NCBI GenBank assembly: GCA_964016885.1
Contig: OZ024740.1
Span: forward strand, 431,706,001-431,770,000
Length of the DNA: 64,000 nt
From: Eledone cirrhosa
Lineage: Eukaryota
Direction: 5' to 3'
The notes beneath the pieces were generated by a model. The model worked only from the letters and a program-made list of their open reading frames with translations. It had not been told where the DNA came from and did not search any database. Position 1 is the first letter of the stretch. Each line of letters opens with the position of its first letter. Positions 41,101 through 56,100 of this stretch are shown in pieces. A program made the translations under genes and the position numbers.

Positions 41101-44100
41101 TGTCTTGAGACACATGAGACAACCAAAGTGTTCCAATGGCCATGGTCAGTTACATCTATCAATACATCCCATGTCTTGAGACACATGATGCAGCCAAAGT
41201 GTTCCAATGGCCATGGTCAGTTACATCTATCAATACATCCCATGTCTTGAGACACATGAGACAACCAAAGTGTTCCAATGACCATGGTCAGTTACATCTA
41301 TCAATACATCCCATGTCTTGAGACACATGAGGCAGCCAAAGTGTTCCAATGACCATGGTCAGTTACATCTATCAATACATCCCATGTCTTGAGACACATG
41401 AGACAACCAAAGTGTTCCAATGACCACGGTCAGTTACATCTATCAATACATGCCATGTCTTGAGACACATGAGGCAGCCAAAGTGTTCCAATGACCATGG
41501 TCAGTTACATCTATCAATACATCCCATGTCTTGAGACACATGAGACAACCAAAGTGTTCCAATGACCACGGTCAGTTACATCTATCAATACATCCCATGT
41601 CTTGAGACACATGAGGCAGCCAAAGTGTTCCAATGACCATGGTCAGTTACATCTATCAATACATCCCATGTCTTGAGACACATGAGACAACCAAAGTGTT
41701 CCAATGACCACGGTCAGTTACATCTATCAATACATCCCATGTCTTGAGACACATGAGACAACCAAAGTGTTCCAATGACCATGGTAAGTTACATCTATCA
41801 ATACATGCCATGTCTTGAGACACATGAGACAACCAAAGTGTTCCAATGACCATGGTCAGTTACATCTATCAATACATGCCATGTCTTGAGACACATGAGA
41901 CAACCAAAGTGTTCCAATGACCATGGTCAGTTACATCTATCAATACATGCCATGTCTTGAGACACATGAGACAACCAAATTGTTCCAATGACCACGGTCA
42001 GTTACATCTATCAATACATCCCATGTCTTGAGACACATGATGCAGCCAAAGTGTTCCAATGACCATGGTCAGTTACATCTATCAATACATCCCATGTCTT
42101 GAGACACATGAGGCAGCCAAAGTGTTCCAATGACCATGGTCAGTTGTATCTATCAATACATCCCATGTCTTGAGACACGTGAGGCAGCCAAAGTATTCCA
42201 ATGACCAGTCAGTTACATCTATCAATACATCCCATGTCTTGAGACACATGAGGCAGCCAAAGTGTTCCAATGACCATGGTCAGTTACATCTATCAATACA
42301 TCCCATGTCTTGAGACACATGAGGCAGCCAAAGTGCTCCAATGACCACGGTCAGTTACATCTATCAATACATCCCATGCCTTGAGACACACGAGGCAGCC
42401 AAACTGTTCCAATGACCACGGTCAGTTACATCTATCAATAAGTCCCATGTCTTGAGACACATGAGACAACCAAAGTGTTCCAATGACCACGGTCAGTTGT
42501 ATCTATCAATACATCCCATGTCTTGAGACGCATGATGCAGCCAAAGTGTTCCAATGACCATGGTCAGTTACATCTATCAATACATGCCATGTCTTGAGAC
42601 ACATGAGGCAGCCAAAGTGTTCCAATGACCATGGTCAGTTACATCTATCAATACATCCCATGTCTTGAGACACATGAGACAACCAAAGTGTTCCAATGAC
42701 CACGGTCAGTTACATCTATCAATACATCCCATGTCTTGAGACACATGAGACAACCAAAGTGTTCCAATGACCACGGTCAGTTACATCTATCAATACATCC
42801 CATGTCTTGAGACACATGAGACAACCAAAGTGTTCCAATGACCATGGTAAGTTACATCTATCAATACATGCCATGTCTTGAGACACATGAGACAACCAAA
42901 GTGTTCCAATGACCATGGTCAGTTACATCTATCAATACATCCCATGTCTTGAGACACATGAGACAACCAAAGTGTTCCAATGACCACGGTCAGTTACATC
43001 TATCAATACATCCCATGTCTTGAGACACATGAGGCAGCCAAAGTGTTCCAATGACCACGGTCAGTTACATCTATCAATACATCCCATGTCTTGAGACACA
43101 TCAGACAACCAAAGTGTTCCAATGACCATGGTCAGTTACATCTATCAATACATCCCATGTCTTGAGACACATCAGACAACCAAAGTGTTCCAATGACCAT
43201 GGTCAGTTACATCTATCAATACATCCCATGTCTTGAGACACATGAGACAACCAAAGTGTTCCAATGACCACGGTCAGTTACATCTATCAATACATCCCAT
43301 GTCTTGAGACACATGAGGCAGCCAAAGTGTTCCAATGACCACAGTCAGTTACATCTATTAATACATCCCATGTCTTGAGACACATGAGACAACCAAAGTG
43401 CTCCAATGACCACGGTCAGTTACATCTGTCAATACATCCCATCCCTTGAGACACATGAGGCAGCCAAAGTGTTCCAATGACCACGGTCAGTTACATCTAT
43501 CAATACATCCCATGTCTTGAGACACATGAGGCAGCCAAAGTGTTCCAATGACCACGGTCAGTTACATCTATCAATATATCCCATGTCTTGAGACACATGA
43601 TGCAGCCAAAGTGTTCCACTGACCATGGTCAGTTACATCTATCAATACATCCCATGTCTTGAGACACATGAGGCAACCAAAGTGTTCCAATGATCATGGT
43701 CAGTTGTATCTATCAATACATCCCATGTCTTGAGACACATGAGGCAGCCAAAGTGTTCCAATGACCACGGTCAGTTACATCTATCAATACATCCCATGTC
43801 TTGAGACACATGGGGCAGTGAAAGTCTTCAAATAACCACGGTCAGTTACATCTATCAATACATCCCATGTCTTGAGACACATGAGGCAGCCAAAGTGTTC
43901 CAATGACCACGGTCAGTTACATCTATCAATACATCCCATGTCTTGAGACACAAGAGGCAGCCAAAGTGTTCCAATCACCATGGTCAGTTCGATCTATCAA
44001 TACATCCCATGTCTTGAGACACATGACACAGCCAAAGTGTTCCAATGACCATGGTCAGTTACATCTATTAATACATCCCATGTCTTGAGACACATGAGAC

Positions 44101-47100
44101 AACCAAAGTGTTCCAATGACCATGGTCAGTTACATCTATCAATACATGCCATTTCTTGAGACACATGAGACAACCAAAGTGTTCCAATGACCATGGTCAG
44201 TTACATCTATCAATACATCCCATGTCTTGAGACACATGAGACAACCAAAGGGCTCCAATGACCATGGTCAGTTACATCTGTCAATACATCCCATCCCTTG
44301 AGATACATGAGGCAGCCAAAGTGTTCCAATGACCATGGTCAGTTACATCTATCAATACATCCCATGTCTTGAGACACATGAGGCAGCCAAAGTGTTCCAA
44401 TGACCACGGTCAGTTACATCTATCAATACATCCCATGTCTTGAGACATGAGGCAGCCAAAGTGTTCCAATGACCATGGTCAGTTACATCTATCAATACAT
44501 CCCATGTCTTGAGACACATGAGGCAGCCAAAGTGTTCCAATGGCCATGGTCAGTTACATCTATCAATACATCCCATGTCTTGAGACACATGATGCAGCCA
44601 AGGTGTTCCAATGACCATGGTCAGTTACATCTATCAATACATCCCATGTCTTGAGACACATGAGACAGCCAAACTGTTCCAATGACCACGGTCAGTTACA
44701 TCTATCAATACATCCCATGTCTTGAGACACATGAGACAACCAAAGTGTTCCAATGACCATGGTCAGTTACATCTATCAATACATCCCATGTCTTGAGACA
44801 CATGAGACAACCAAAGTGTTCCAATGACCACGGTCAGTTACATCTATCAATACATCCCATGTCTTGAGACACGTGAGGCAGCCAAAGTATTCCAATGACC
44901 ACGGTCAGTTACATCTATCAATACATCCCATGTCTTGAGACACGTGAGGCAGCCAAAGTATTCCAATGACCACGGTCAGTTACATCTATCAATACATCCC
45001 ATGTCTTGAGACACGTGAGGCAGCCAAAGTATTCCAATGACCACGGTCAGTTACATCTATCAATACATCCCATGTCTTGAGACACATGAGGCAGCCAAAG
45101 TGTTCCAATGACCACGGTCAGTTACATCTATCAGTACATCCCATGTCTTGGGACACATGAGACAACCAAAGTGTTCCAATGACCACGGTCAGTTACATCT
45201 ATCAATACATCCCATGTCTTGAGACACGTGAGGCAACCAAAGTGTTCCAATGACCATGGTCAGTTACATCTATCAATACATCCCATGTCTTGAGACACGT
45301 GAGGCAGCCAAAGTATTCCAATGACCACGGTCAGTTACATCTATCAATACATCCCATGTCTTGAGACACATGAGAAAACCAAAGTGTTCCAATGACCACG
45401 GTCAGTTGTATCTATCAATACATCCCATGTCTTGAGACACATGAGGCAGCCAAAGTGTTCCAATGACCATGGTCAGTTACATCTATCAATACATCCCATG
45501 TCTTGAGACACGTGAGGCAGCCAAAGTATTCCAATGACCACGGTCAGTTACATCTATCAATACATCCCATGTCTTGAGACACGTGAGGCAGCCAAAGTAT
45601 TCCAATGACCACGGTCAGTTACATCTATCAATACATCCCATGTCTTGAGACACGTGAGGCAGCCAAAGTATTCCAATGACCACGGTCAGTTACATCTATC
45701 AATACATCCCATGTCTTGAGACACGTGAGGCAGCCAAAGTATTCCAATGACCACGGTCAGTTACATCTATCAATACATCCCATGTCTTGAGACACATGAG
45801 ACAGCCAAAGTGTTCCAATGACCATGGTCAGTTACATCTGTCAATACATCCCATCCCTTGAGATACATGAGGCAGCCAAAGTGTTCCAATGACCATGGTC
45901 AGTTACATCTATCAATACATCCCATGTCTTGAGACACATGAGGCAGCCAAAGTGTTCCAATGACCACGGTCAGTTACATCTATCAATACATCCCATGTCT
46001 TGAGACACATGAGGCAGCCAAAGTGTTCCAATGACCATGGTCAGTTACATCTATCAATACATCCCATGTCTTGAGACACATGAGGCAGCCAAAGTGTTCC
46101 AATGGCCATGGTCAGTTACATCTATCAATACATCCCATGTCTTGAGACACATGATGCAGCCAAGGTGTTCCAATGACCATGGTCAGTTACATCTATCAAT
46201 ACATCCCATGTCTTGAGACACATGAGACAGCCAAACTGTTCCAATGACCACGGTCAGTTACATCTATCAATACATCCCATGTCTTGAGACACATGAGACA
46301 ACCAAAGTGTTCCAATGACCATGGTCAGTTACATCTATCAATACATCCCATGTCTTGAGACACATGAGACAACCAAAGTGTTCCAATGACCACGGTCAGT
46401 TACATCTATCAATACATCCCATGTCTTGAGACACGTGAGGCAGCCAAAGTATTCCAATGACCACGGTCAGTTACATCTATCAATACATCCCATGTCTTGA
46501 GACACGTGAGGCAGCCAAAGTATTCCAATGACCACGGTCAGTTACATCTATCAATACATCCCATGTCTTGAGACACGTGAGGCAGCCAAAGTATTCCAAT
46601 GACCACGGTCAGTTACATCTATCAATACATCCCATGTCTTGAGACACATGAGGCAGCCAAAGTGTTCCAATGACCATGGTCAGTTACATCTATCAATACA
46701 TCCCATGTCTTGAGACACATGAGACAACCAAAGTGTTCCAATGACCACGGTCAGTTACATCTATCAATACATCCCATGTCTTGAGACACGTGAGGCAGCC
46801 AAAGTGTTCCAATGACCATGGTCAGTTACATCTATCAATACATCCCATGTCTTGAGACACGTGAGGCAGCCAAAGTATTCCAATGACCACGGTCAGTTAC
46901 ATCTATCAATACATCCCATGTCTTGAGACACATGAGACAACCAAAGTGTTCCAATGACCACGGTCAGTTGTATCTATCAATACATCCCATGTCTTGAGAC
47001 ACATGAGGCAGCCAAAGTGTTCCAATGACCATGGTCAGTTACATCTATCAATACATCCCATGTCTTGAGACACGTGAGGCAGCCAAAGTATTCCAATGAC

Positions 47101-50100
47101 CACGGTCAGTTACATCTATCAATACATCCCATGTCTTGAGACACGTGAGGCAGCCAAAGTATTCCAATGACCACGGTCAGTTACATCTATTAATACATCC
47201 CATGTCTTGAGACACGTGAGGCAGCCAAAGTATTCCAATGACCACGGTCAGTTACATCTATCAATACATCCCATGTCTTGAGACACATGAGACAACCAAA
47301 GTGTTCTAATGACCACGGTCAGTTACATCTATCAATACATCCCATGTCTTGAGACACGTGAGGCAGCCAAAGTATTCCAATGACCACGGTCAGTTACATC
47401 TATCAATACATCCCATGTCTTGAGACACGTGAGGCAGCCAAAGTATTCCAATGACCACGGTCAGTTACATCTATCAATACATCCCATGTCTTGAGACACG
47501 TGAGGCAGCCAAAGTATTCCAATGACCACGGTCAGTTACATCTATCAATACATCCCATGTCTTGAGACACATGAGGCAGCCAAAGTGTTCCAATGACCAT
47601 GGTCAGTTACATCTATCAATACATCCCATGTCTTGAGACACATGAGGCAGCAAAAGTGTTCCAATGACCACGGTCAGTTACATCTATCAATACATGCCAT
47701 GTCTTGAGACACATGAGACAACCAAACTGTTCCAATGGCCACGGTCAGTTACATCTATCAATACATCCCATGTCTTGAGACACATGAGACAACCAAAGTG
47801 TTCCAATGACCATGGTCAGTTACATCTATCAATACATCCCATGTCTTGAGACACGTGAGGCAGCCAAAGTATTCCAATGACCACGGTCAGTTACATCTAT
47901 CAATACATCCCATGTCTTGAGACACATGAGACAACCAAAGTGTTCCAATGACCACGGTCAGTTGTATCTATCAATACATCCCATGTCTTGAGACACATGA
48001 GGCAGCCAAAGTGTTCCAATGACCATGGTCAGTTACATCTATCAATACATCCCATGTCTTGAGACACGTGAGGCAGCCAAAGTATTCCAATGACCACGGT
48101 CAGTTACATCTATCAATACATCCCATGTCTTGAGACACGTGAGGCAGCCAAAGTATTCCAATGACCACGGTCAGTTACATCTATCAATACATCCCATGTC
48201 TTGAGACACGTGAGGCAGCCAAAGTATTCCAATGACCACGGTCAGTTACATCTATCAATACATCCCATGTCTTGAGACACGTGAGGCAGCCAAAGTATTC
48301 CAATGACCACGGTCAGTTACATCTATCAATACATCCCATATCTTGAGACACATGAGACAGCCAAAGTGTTCCAATGACCATGGTCAGTTACATCTATAAA
48401 TACATCCCATGTCTTGAGACACATGAGACAGCCAAAGTGTTCCAATGACCATGGTCAGTTACATCTATCAATACATGCCATGTCTTGAGACACATGAGGC
48501 AGCCAAAGTGTTCCAATGACCATGGTCAGTTACATCTATCAATACATCCCATGCTTTGAGACACATGAGGCAGCCAAAGTGTTCCAATGACCACGGTCAG
48601 TTACATCTATCAATACATCCCATGTCTTGAGACACATGAGACAACCAAAGTGTTCCAATGACCATGGTCAGTTACATCTATCAATACATCCCATGCCTTG
48701 AGACACATGAGACAACCAAAGTGTTCCAATGACCACGGTCAGTTACATCTATCAATACATCCCATGTCTTGAGACACGTGAGGCAGCCAAAGTATTCCAA
48801 TGACCACGGTCAGTTACATCTATCAATACATCCCATGTCTTGAGACACGTGAGGCAGCCAAAGTATTCCAATGACCACGGTCAGTTACATCTATCAATAC
48901 ATCCCATGTCTTGAGACACATGAGGCAGCCAAAGTGTTCCAATGACCATGGTCAGTTACATCTATCAATACATCCCATGTCTTGAGACACATGAGACAAC
49001 CAAAGTGTTCCAATGACCACGGTCAGTTACATCTATCAATACATCCCATGTCTTGAGACACGTGAGGCAGCCAAAGTGTTCCAATGACCATGGTCAGTTA
49101 CATCTATCAATACATCCCATGTCTTGAGACACGTGAGGCAGCCAAAGTATTCCAATGACCACGGTCAGTTACATCTATCAATACATCCCATGTCTTGAGA
49201 CACATGAGACAACCAAAGTGTTCCAATGACCACGGTCAGTTGTATCTATCAATACATCCCATGTCTTGAGACACATGAGGCAGCCAAAGTGTTCCAATGA
49301 CCATGGTCAGTTACATCTATCAATACATCCCATGTCTTGAGACACGTGAGGCAGCCAAAGTATTCCAATGACCACGGTCAGTTACATCTATCAATACATC
49401 CCATGTCTTGAGACACGTGAGGCAGCCAAAGTATTCCAATGACCACGGTCAGTTACATCTATCAATACATCCCATGTCTTGAGACACGTGAGGCAGCCAA
49501 AGTATTCCAATGACCACGGTCAGTTACATCTATCAATACATCCCATGTCTTGAGACACGTGAGGCAGCCAAAGTATTCCAATGACCACGGTCAGTTACAT
49601 CTATCAATACATCCCATATCTTGAGACACATGAGACAGCCAAAGTGTTCCAATGACCATGGTCAGTTACATCTATAAATACATCCCATGTCTTGAGACAC
49701 ATGAGACAGCCAAAGTGTTCCAATGACCATGGTCAGTTACATCTATCAATACATGCCATGTCTTGAGACACATGAGGCAGCCAAAGTGTTCCAATGACCA
49801 TGGTCAGTTACATCTATCAATACATCCCATGTCTTGAGACACATGAGACAGCCAAAGTGTTCCAATGACCATGGTCAGTTACATCTGTCAATACATCCCA
49901 TCCCTTGAGATACATGAGGCAGCCAAAGTGTTCCAATGACCATGGTCAGTTACATCTATCAATACATCCCATGTCTTGAGACACATGAGGCAGCCAAAGT
50001 GTTCCAATGACCACGGTCAGTTACATCTATCAATACATCCCATGTCTTGAGACACATGAGGCAGCCAAAGTGTTCCAATGACCATGGTCAGTTACATCTA

Positions 50101-53100
50101 TCAATACATCCCATGTCTTGAGACACATGAGGCAGCCAAAGTGTTCCAATGGCCATGGTCAGTTACATCTATCAATACATCCCATGTCTTGAGACACATG
50201 ATGCAGCCAAGGTGTTCCAATGACCATGGTCAGTTACATCTATCAATACATCCCATGTCTTGAGACACATGAGACAGCCAAACTGTTCCAATGACCACGG
50301 TCAGTTACATCTATCAATACATCCCATGTCTTGAGACACATGAGACAACCAAAGTGTTCCAATGACCATGGTCAGTTACATCTATCAATACATCCCATGT
50401 CTTGAGACACATGAGACAACCAAAGTGTTCTAATGACCACGGTCAGTTACATCTATCAATATATCCCATGTCTTGAGACACATGATGCAGCCAAAGTGTT
50501 CCACTGACCATGGTCAGTTACATCTATCAATACATCCCATGTCTTGAGACACATGAGGCAACCAAAGTGTTCCAATGATCATGGTCAGTTGTATCTATCA
50601 ATACATCCCATGTCTTGAGACACATGAGGCAGCCAAAGTGTTCCAATGACCACGGTCAGTTACATCTATCAATACATCCCATGTCTTGAGACACATGGGG
50701 CAGTGAAAGTCTTCAAATAACCACGGTCAGTTACATCTATCAATACATCCCATGTCTTGAGACACATGAGGCAGCCAAAGTGTTCCAATGACCACGGTCA
50801 GTTACATCTATCAATACATCCCATGTCTTGAGACACAAGAGGCAGCCAAAGTGTTCCAATCACCATGGTCAGTTCGATCTATCAATACATCCCATGTCTT
50901 GAGACACATGACACAGCCAAAGTGTTCCAATGACCATGGTCAGTTACATCTATTAATACATCCCATGTCTTGAGACACATGAGACAACCAAAGTGTTCCA
51001 ATGACCATGGTCAGTTACATCTATCAATACATGCCATTTCTTGAGACACATGAGACAACCAAAGTGTTCCAATGACCATGGTCAGTTACATCTATCAATA
51101 CATCCCATGTCTTGAGACACATGAGACAACCAAAGGGCTCCAATGACCATGGTCAGTTACATCTGTCAATACATCCCATCCCTTGAGATACATGAGGCAG
51201 CCAAAGTGTTCCAATGACCATGGTCAGTTACATCTATCAATACATCCCATGTCTTGAGACACATGAGGCAGCCAAAGTGTTCCAATGACCACGGTCAGTT
51301 ACATCTATCAATACATCCCATGTCTTGAGACACATGAGGCAGCCAAAGTGTTCCAATGACCATGGTCAGTTACATCTATCAATACATCCCATGTCTTGAG
51401 ACACATGAGGCAGCCAAAGTGTTCCAATGGCCATGGTCAGTTACATCTATCAATACATCCCATGTCTTGAGACACATGATGCAGCCAAGGTGTTCCAATG
51501 ACCATGGTCAGTTACATCTATCAATACATCCCATGTCTTGAGACACATGAGACAGCCAAACTGTTCCAATGACCACGGTCAGTTACATCTATCAATACAT
51601 CCCATGTCTTGAGACACATGAGACAACCAAAGTGTTCCAATGACCATGGTCAGTTACATCTATCAATACATCCCATGTCTTGAGACACATGAGACAACCA
51701 AAGTGTTCCAATGACCACGGTCAGTTACATCTATCAATACATCCCATGTCTTGAGACACGTGAGGCAGCCAAAGTATTCCAATGACCACGGTCAGTTACA
51801 TCTATCAATACATCCCATGTCTTGAGACACGTGAGGCAGCCAAAGTATTCCAATGACCACGGTCAGTTACATCTATCAATACATCCCATGTCTTGAGACA
51901 CGTGAGGCAGCCAAAGTATTCCAATGACCACGGTCAGTTACATCTATCAATACATCCCATGTCTTGAGACACATGAGGCAGCCAAAGTGTTCCAATGACC
52001 ACGGTCAGTTACATCTATCAGTACATCCCATGTCTTGGGACACATGAGACAACCAAAGTGTTCCAATGACCACGGTCAGTTACATCTATCAATACATCCC
52101 ATGTCTTGAGACACGTGAGGCAACCAAAGTGTTCCAATGACCATGGTCAGTTACATCTATCAATACATCCCATGTCTTGAGACACGTGAGGCAGCCAAAG
52201 TATTCCAATGACCACGGTCAGTTACATCTATCAATACATCCCATGTCTTGAGACACATGAGAAAACCAAAGTGTTCCAATGACCACGGTCAGTTGTATCT
52301 ATCAATACATCCCATGTCTTGAGACACATGAGGCAGCCAAAGTGTTCCAATGACCATGGTCAGTTACATCTATCAATACATCCCATGTCTTGAGACACGT
52401 GAGGCAGCCAAAGTATTCCAATGACCACGGTCAGTTACATCTATCAATACATCCCATGTCTTGAGACACGTGAGGCAGCCAAAGTATTCCAATGACCACG
52501 GTCAGTTACATCTATCAATACATCCCATGTCTTGAGACACGTGAGGCAGCCAAAGTATTCCAATGACCACGGTCAGTTACATCTATCAATACATCCCATG
52601 TCTTGAGACACGTGAGGCAGCCAAAGTATTCCAATGACCACGGTCAGTTACATCTATCAATACATCCCATGTCTTGAGACACATGAGACAGCCAAAGTGT
52701 TCCAATGACCATGGTCAGTTACATCTGTCAATACATCCCATCCCTTGAGATACATGAGGCAGCCAAAGTGTTCCAATGACCATGGTCAGTTACATCTATC
52801 AATACATCCCATGTCTTGAGACACATGAGGCAGCCAAAGTGTTCCAATGACCACGGTCAGTTACATCTATCAATACATCCCATGTCTTGAGACACATGAG
52901 GCAGCCAAAGTGTTCCAATGACCATGGTCAGTTACATCTATCAATACATCCCATGTCTTGAGACACATGAGGCAGCCAAAGTGTTCCAATGGCCATGGTC
53001 AGTTACATCTATCAATACATCCCATGTCTTGAGACACATGATGCAGCCAAGGTGTTCCAATGACCATGGTCAGTTACATCTATCAATACATCCCATGTCT

Positions 53101-56100
53101 TGAGACACATGAGACAGCCAAACTGTTCCAATGACCACGGTCAGTTACATCTATCAATACATCCCATGTCTTGAGACACATGAGACAACCAAAGTGTTCC
53201 AATGACCATGGTCAGTTACATCTATCAATACATCCCATGTCTTGAGACACATGAGACAACCAAAGTGTTCCAATGACCACGGTCAGTTACATCTATCAAT
53301 ACATCCCATGTCTTGAGACACGTGAGGCAGCCAAAGTATTCCAATGACCACGGTCAGTTACATCTATCAATACATCCCATGTCTTGAGACACGTGAGGCA
53401 GCCAAAGTATTCCAATGACCACGGTCAGTTACATCTATCAATACATCCCATGTCTTGAGACACGTGAGGCAGCCAAAGTATTCCAATGACCACGGTCAGT
53501 TACATCTATCAATACATCCCATGTCTTGAGACACATGAGGCAGCCAAAGTGTTCCAATGACCATGGTCAGTTACATCTATCAATACATCCCATGTCTTGA
53601 GACACATGAGACAACCAAAGTGTTCCAATGACCACGGTCAGTTACATCTATCAATACATCCCATGTCTTGAGACACGTGAGGCAGCCAAAGTGTTCCAAT
53701 GACCATGGTCAGTTACATCTATCAATACATCCCATGTCTTGAGACACGTGAGGCAGCCAAAGTATTCCAATGACCACGGTCAGTTACATCTATCAATACA
53801 TCCCATGTCTTGAGACACATGAGACAACCAAAGTGTTCCAATGACCACGGTCAGTTGTATCTATCAATACATCCCATGTCTTGAGACACATGAGGCAGCC
53901 AAAGTGTTCCAATGACCATGGTCAGTTACATCTATCAATACATCCCATGTCTTGAGACACGTGAGGCAGCCAAAGTATTCCAATGACCACGGTCAGTTAC
54001 ATCTATCAATACATCCCATGTCTTGAGACACGTGAGGCAGCCAAAGTATTCCAATGACCACGGTCAGTTACATCTATTAATACATCCCATGTCTTGAGAC
54101 ACGTGAGGCAGCCAAAGTATTCCAATGACCACGGTCAGTTACATCTATCAATACATCCCATGTCTTGAGACACATGAGACAACCAAAGTGTTCTAATGAC
54201 CACGGTCAGTTACATCTATCAATACATCCCATGTCTTGAGACACGTGAGGCAGCCAAAGTATTCCAATGACCACGGTCAGTTACATCTATCAATACATCC
54301 CATGTCTTGAGACACGTGAGGCAGCCAAAGTATTCCAATGACCACGGTCAGTTACATCTATCAATACATCCCATGTCTTGAGACACGTGAGGCAGCCAAA
54401 GTATTCCAATGACCACGGTCAGTTACATCTATCAATACATCCCATGTCTTGAGACACATGAGGCAGCCAAAGTGTTCCAATGACCATGGTCAGTTACATC
54501 TATCAATACATCCCATGTCTTGAGACACATGAGGCAGCAAAAGTGTTCCAATGACCACGGTCAGTTACATCTATCAATACATGCCATGTCTTGAGACACA
54601 TGAGACAACCAAACTGTTCCAATGGCCACGGTCAGTTACATCTATCAATACATCCCATGTCTTGAGACACATGAGACAACCAAAGTGTTCCAATGACCAT
54701 GGTCAGTTACATCTATCAATACATCCCATGTCTTGAGACACGTGAGGCAGCCAAAGTATTCCAATGACCACGGTCAGTTACATCTATCAATACATCCCAT
54801 GTCTTGAGACACATGAGACAACCAAAGTGTTCCAATGACCACGGTCAGTTGTATCTATCAATACATCCCATGTCTTGAGACACATGAGGCAGCCAAAGTG
54901 TTCCAATGACCATGGTCAGTTACATCTATCAATACATCCCATGTCTTGAGACACGTGAGGCAGCCAAAGTATTCCAATGACCACGGTCAGTTACATCTAT
55001 CAATACATCCCATGTCTTGAGACACGTGAGGCAGCCAAAGTATTCCAATGACCACGGTCAGTTACATCTATCAATACATCCCATGTCTTGAGACACGTGA
55101 GGCAGCCAAAGTATTCCAATGACCACGGTCAGTTACATCTATCAATACATCCCATGTCTTGAGACACGTGAGGCAGCCAAAGTATTCCAATGACCACGGT
55201 CAGTTACATCTATCAATACATCCCATATCTTGAGACACATGAGACAGCCAAAGTGTTCCAATGACCATGGTCAGTTACATCTATAAATACATCCCATGTC
55301 TTGAGACACATGAGACAGCCAAAGTGTTCCAATGACCATGGTCAGTTACATCTATCAATACATGCCATGTCTTGAGACACATGAGGCAGCCAAAGTGTTC
55401 CAATGACCATGGTCAGTTACATCTATCAATACATCCCATGCTTTGAGACACATGAGGCAGCCAAAGTGTTCCAATGACCACGGTCAGTTACATCTATCAA
55501 TACATCCCATGTCTTGAGACACATGAGACAACCAAAGTGTTCCAATGACCATGGTCAGTTACATCTATCAATACATCCCATGCCTTGAGACACATGAGAC
55601 AACCAAAGTGTTCCAATGACCACGGTCAGTTACATCTATCAATACATCCCATGTCTTGAGACACGTGAGGCAGCCAAAGTATTCCAATGACCACGGTCAG
55701 TTACATCTATCAATACATCCCATGTCTTGAGACACGTGAGGCAGCCAAAGTATTCCAATGACCACGGTCAGTTACATCTATCAATACATCCCATGTCTTG
55801 AGACACATGAGGCAGCCAAAGTGTTCCAATGACCATGGTCAGTTACATCTATCAATACATCCCATGTCTTGAGACACATGAGACAACCAAAGTGTTCCAA
55901 TGACCACGGTCAGTTACATCTATCAATACATCCCATGTCTTGAGACACGTGAGGCAGCCAAAGTGTTCCAATGACCATGGTCAGTTACATCTATCAATAC
56001 ATCCCATGTCTTGAGACACGTGAGGCAGCCAAAGTATTCCAATGACCACGGTCAGTTACATCTATCAATACATCCCATGTCTTGAGACACATGAGACAAC

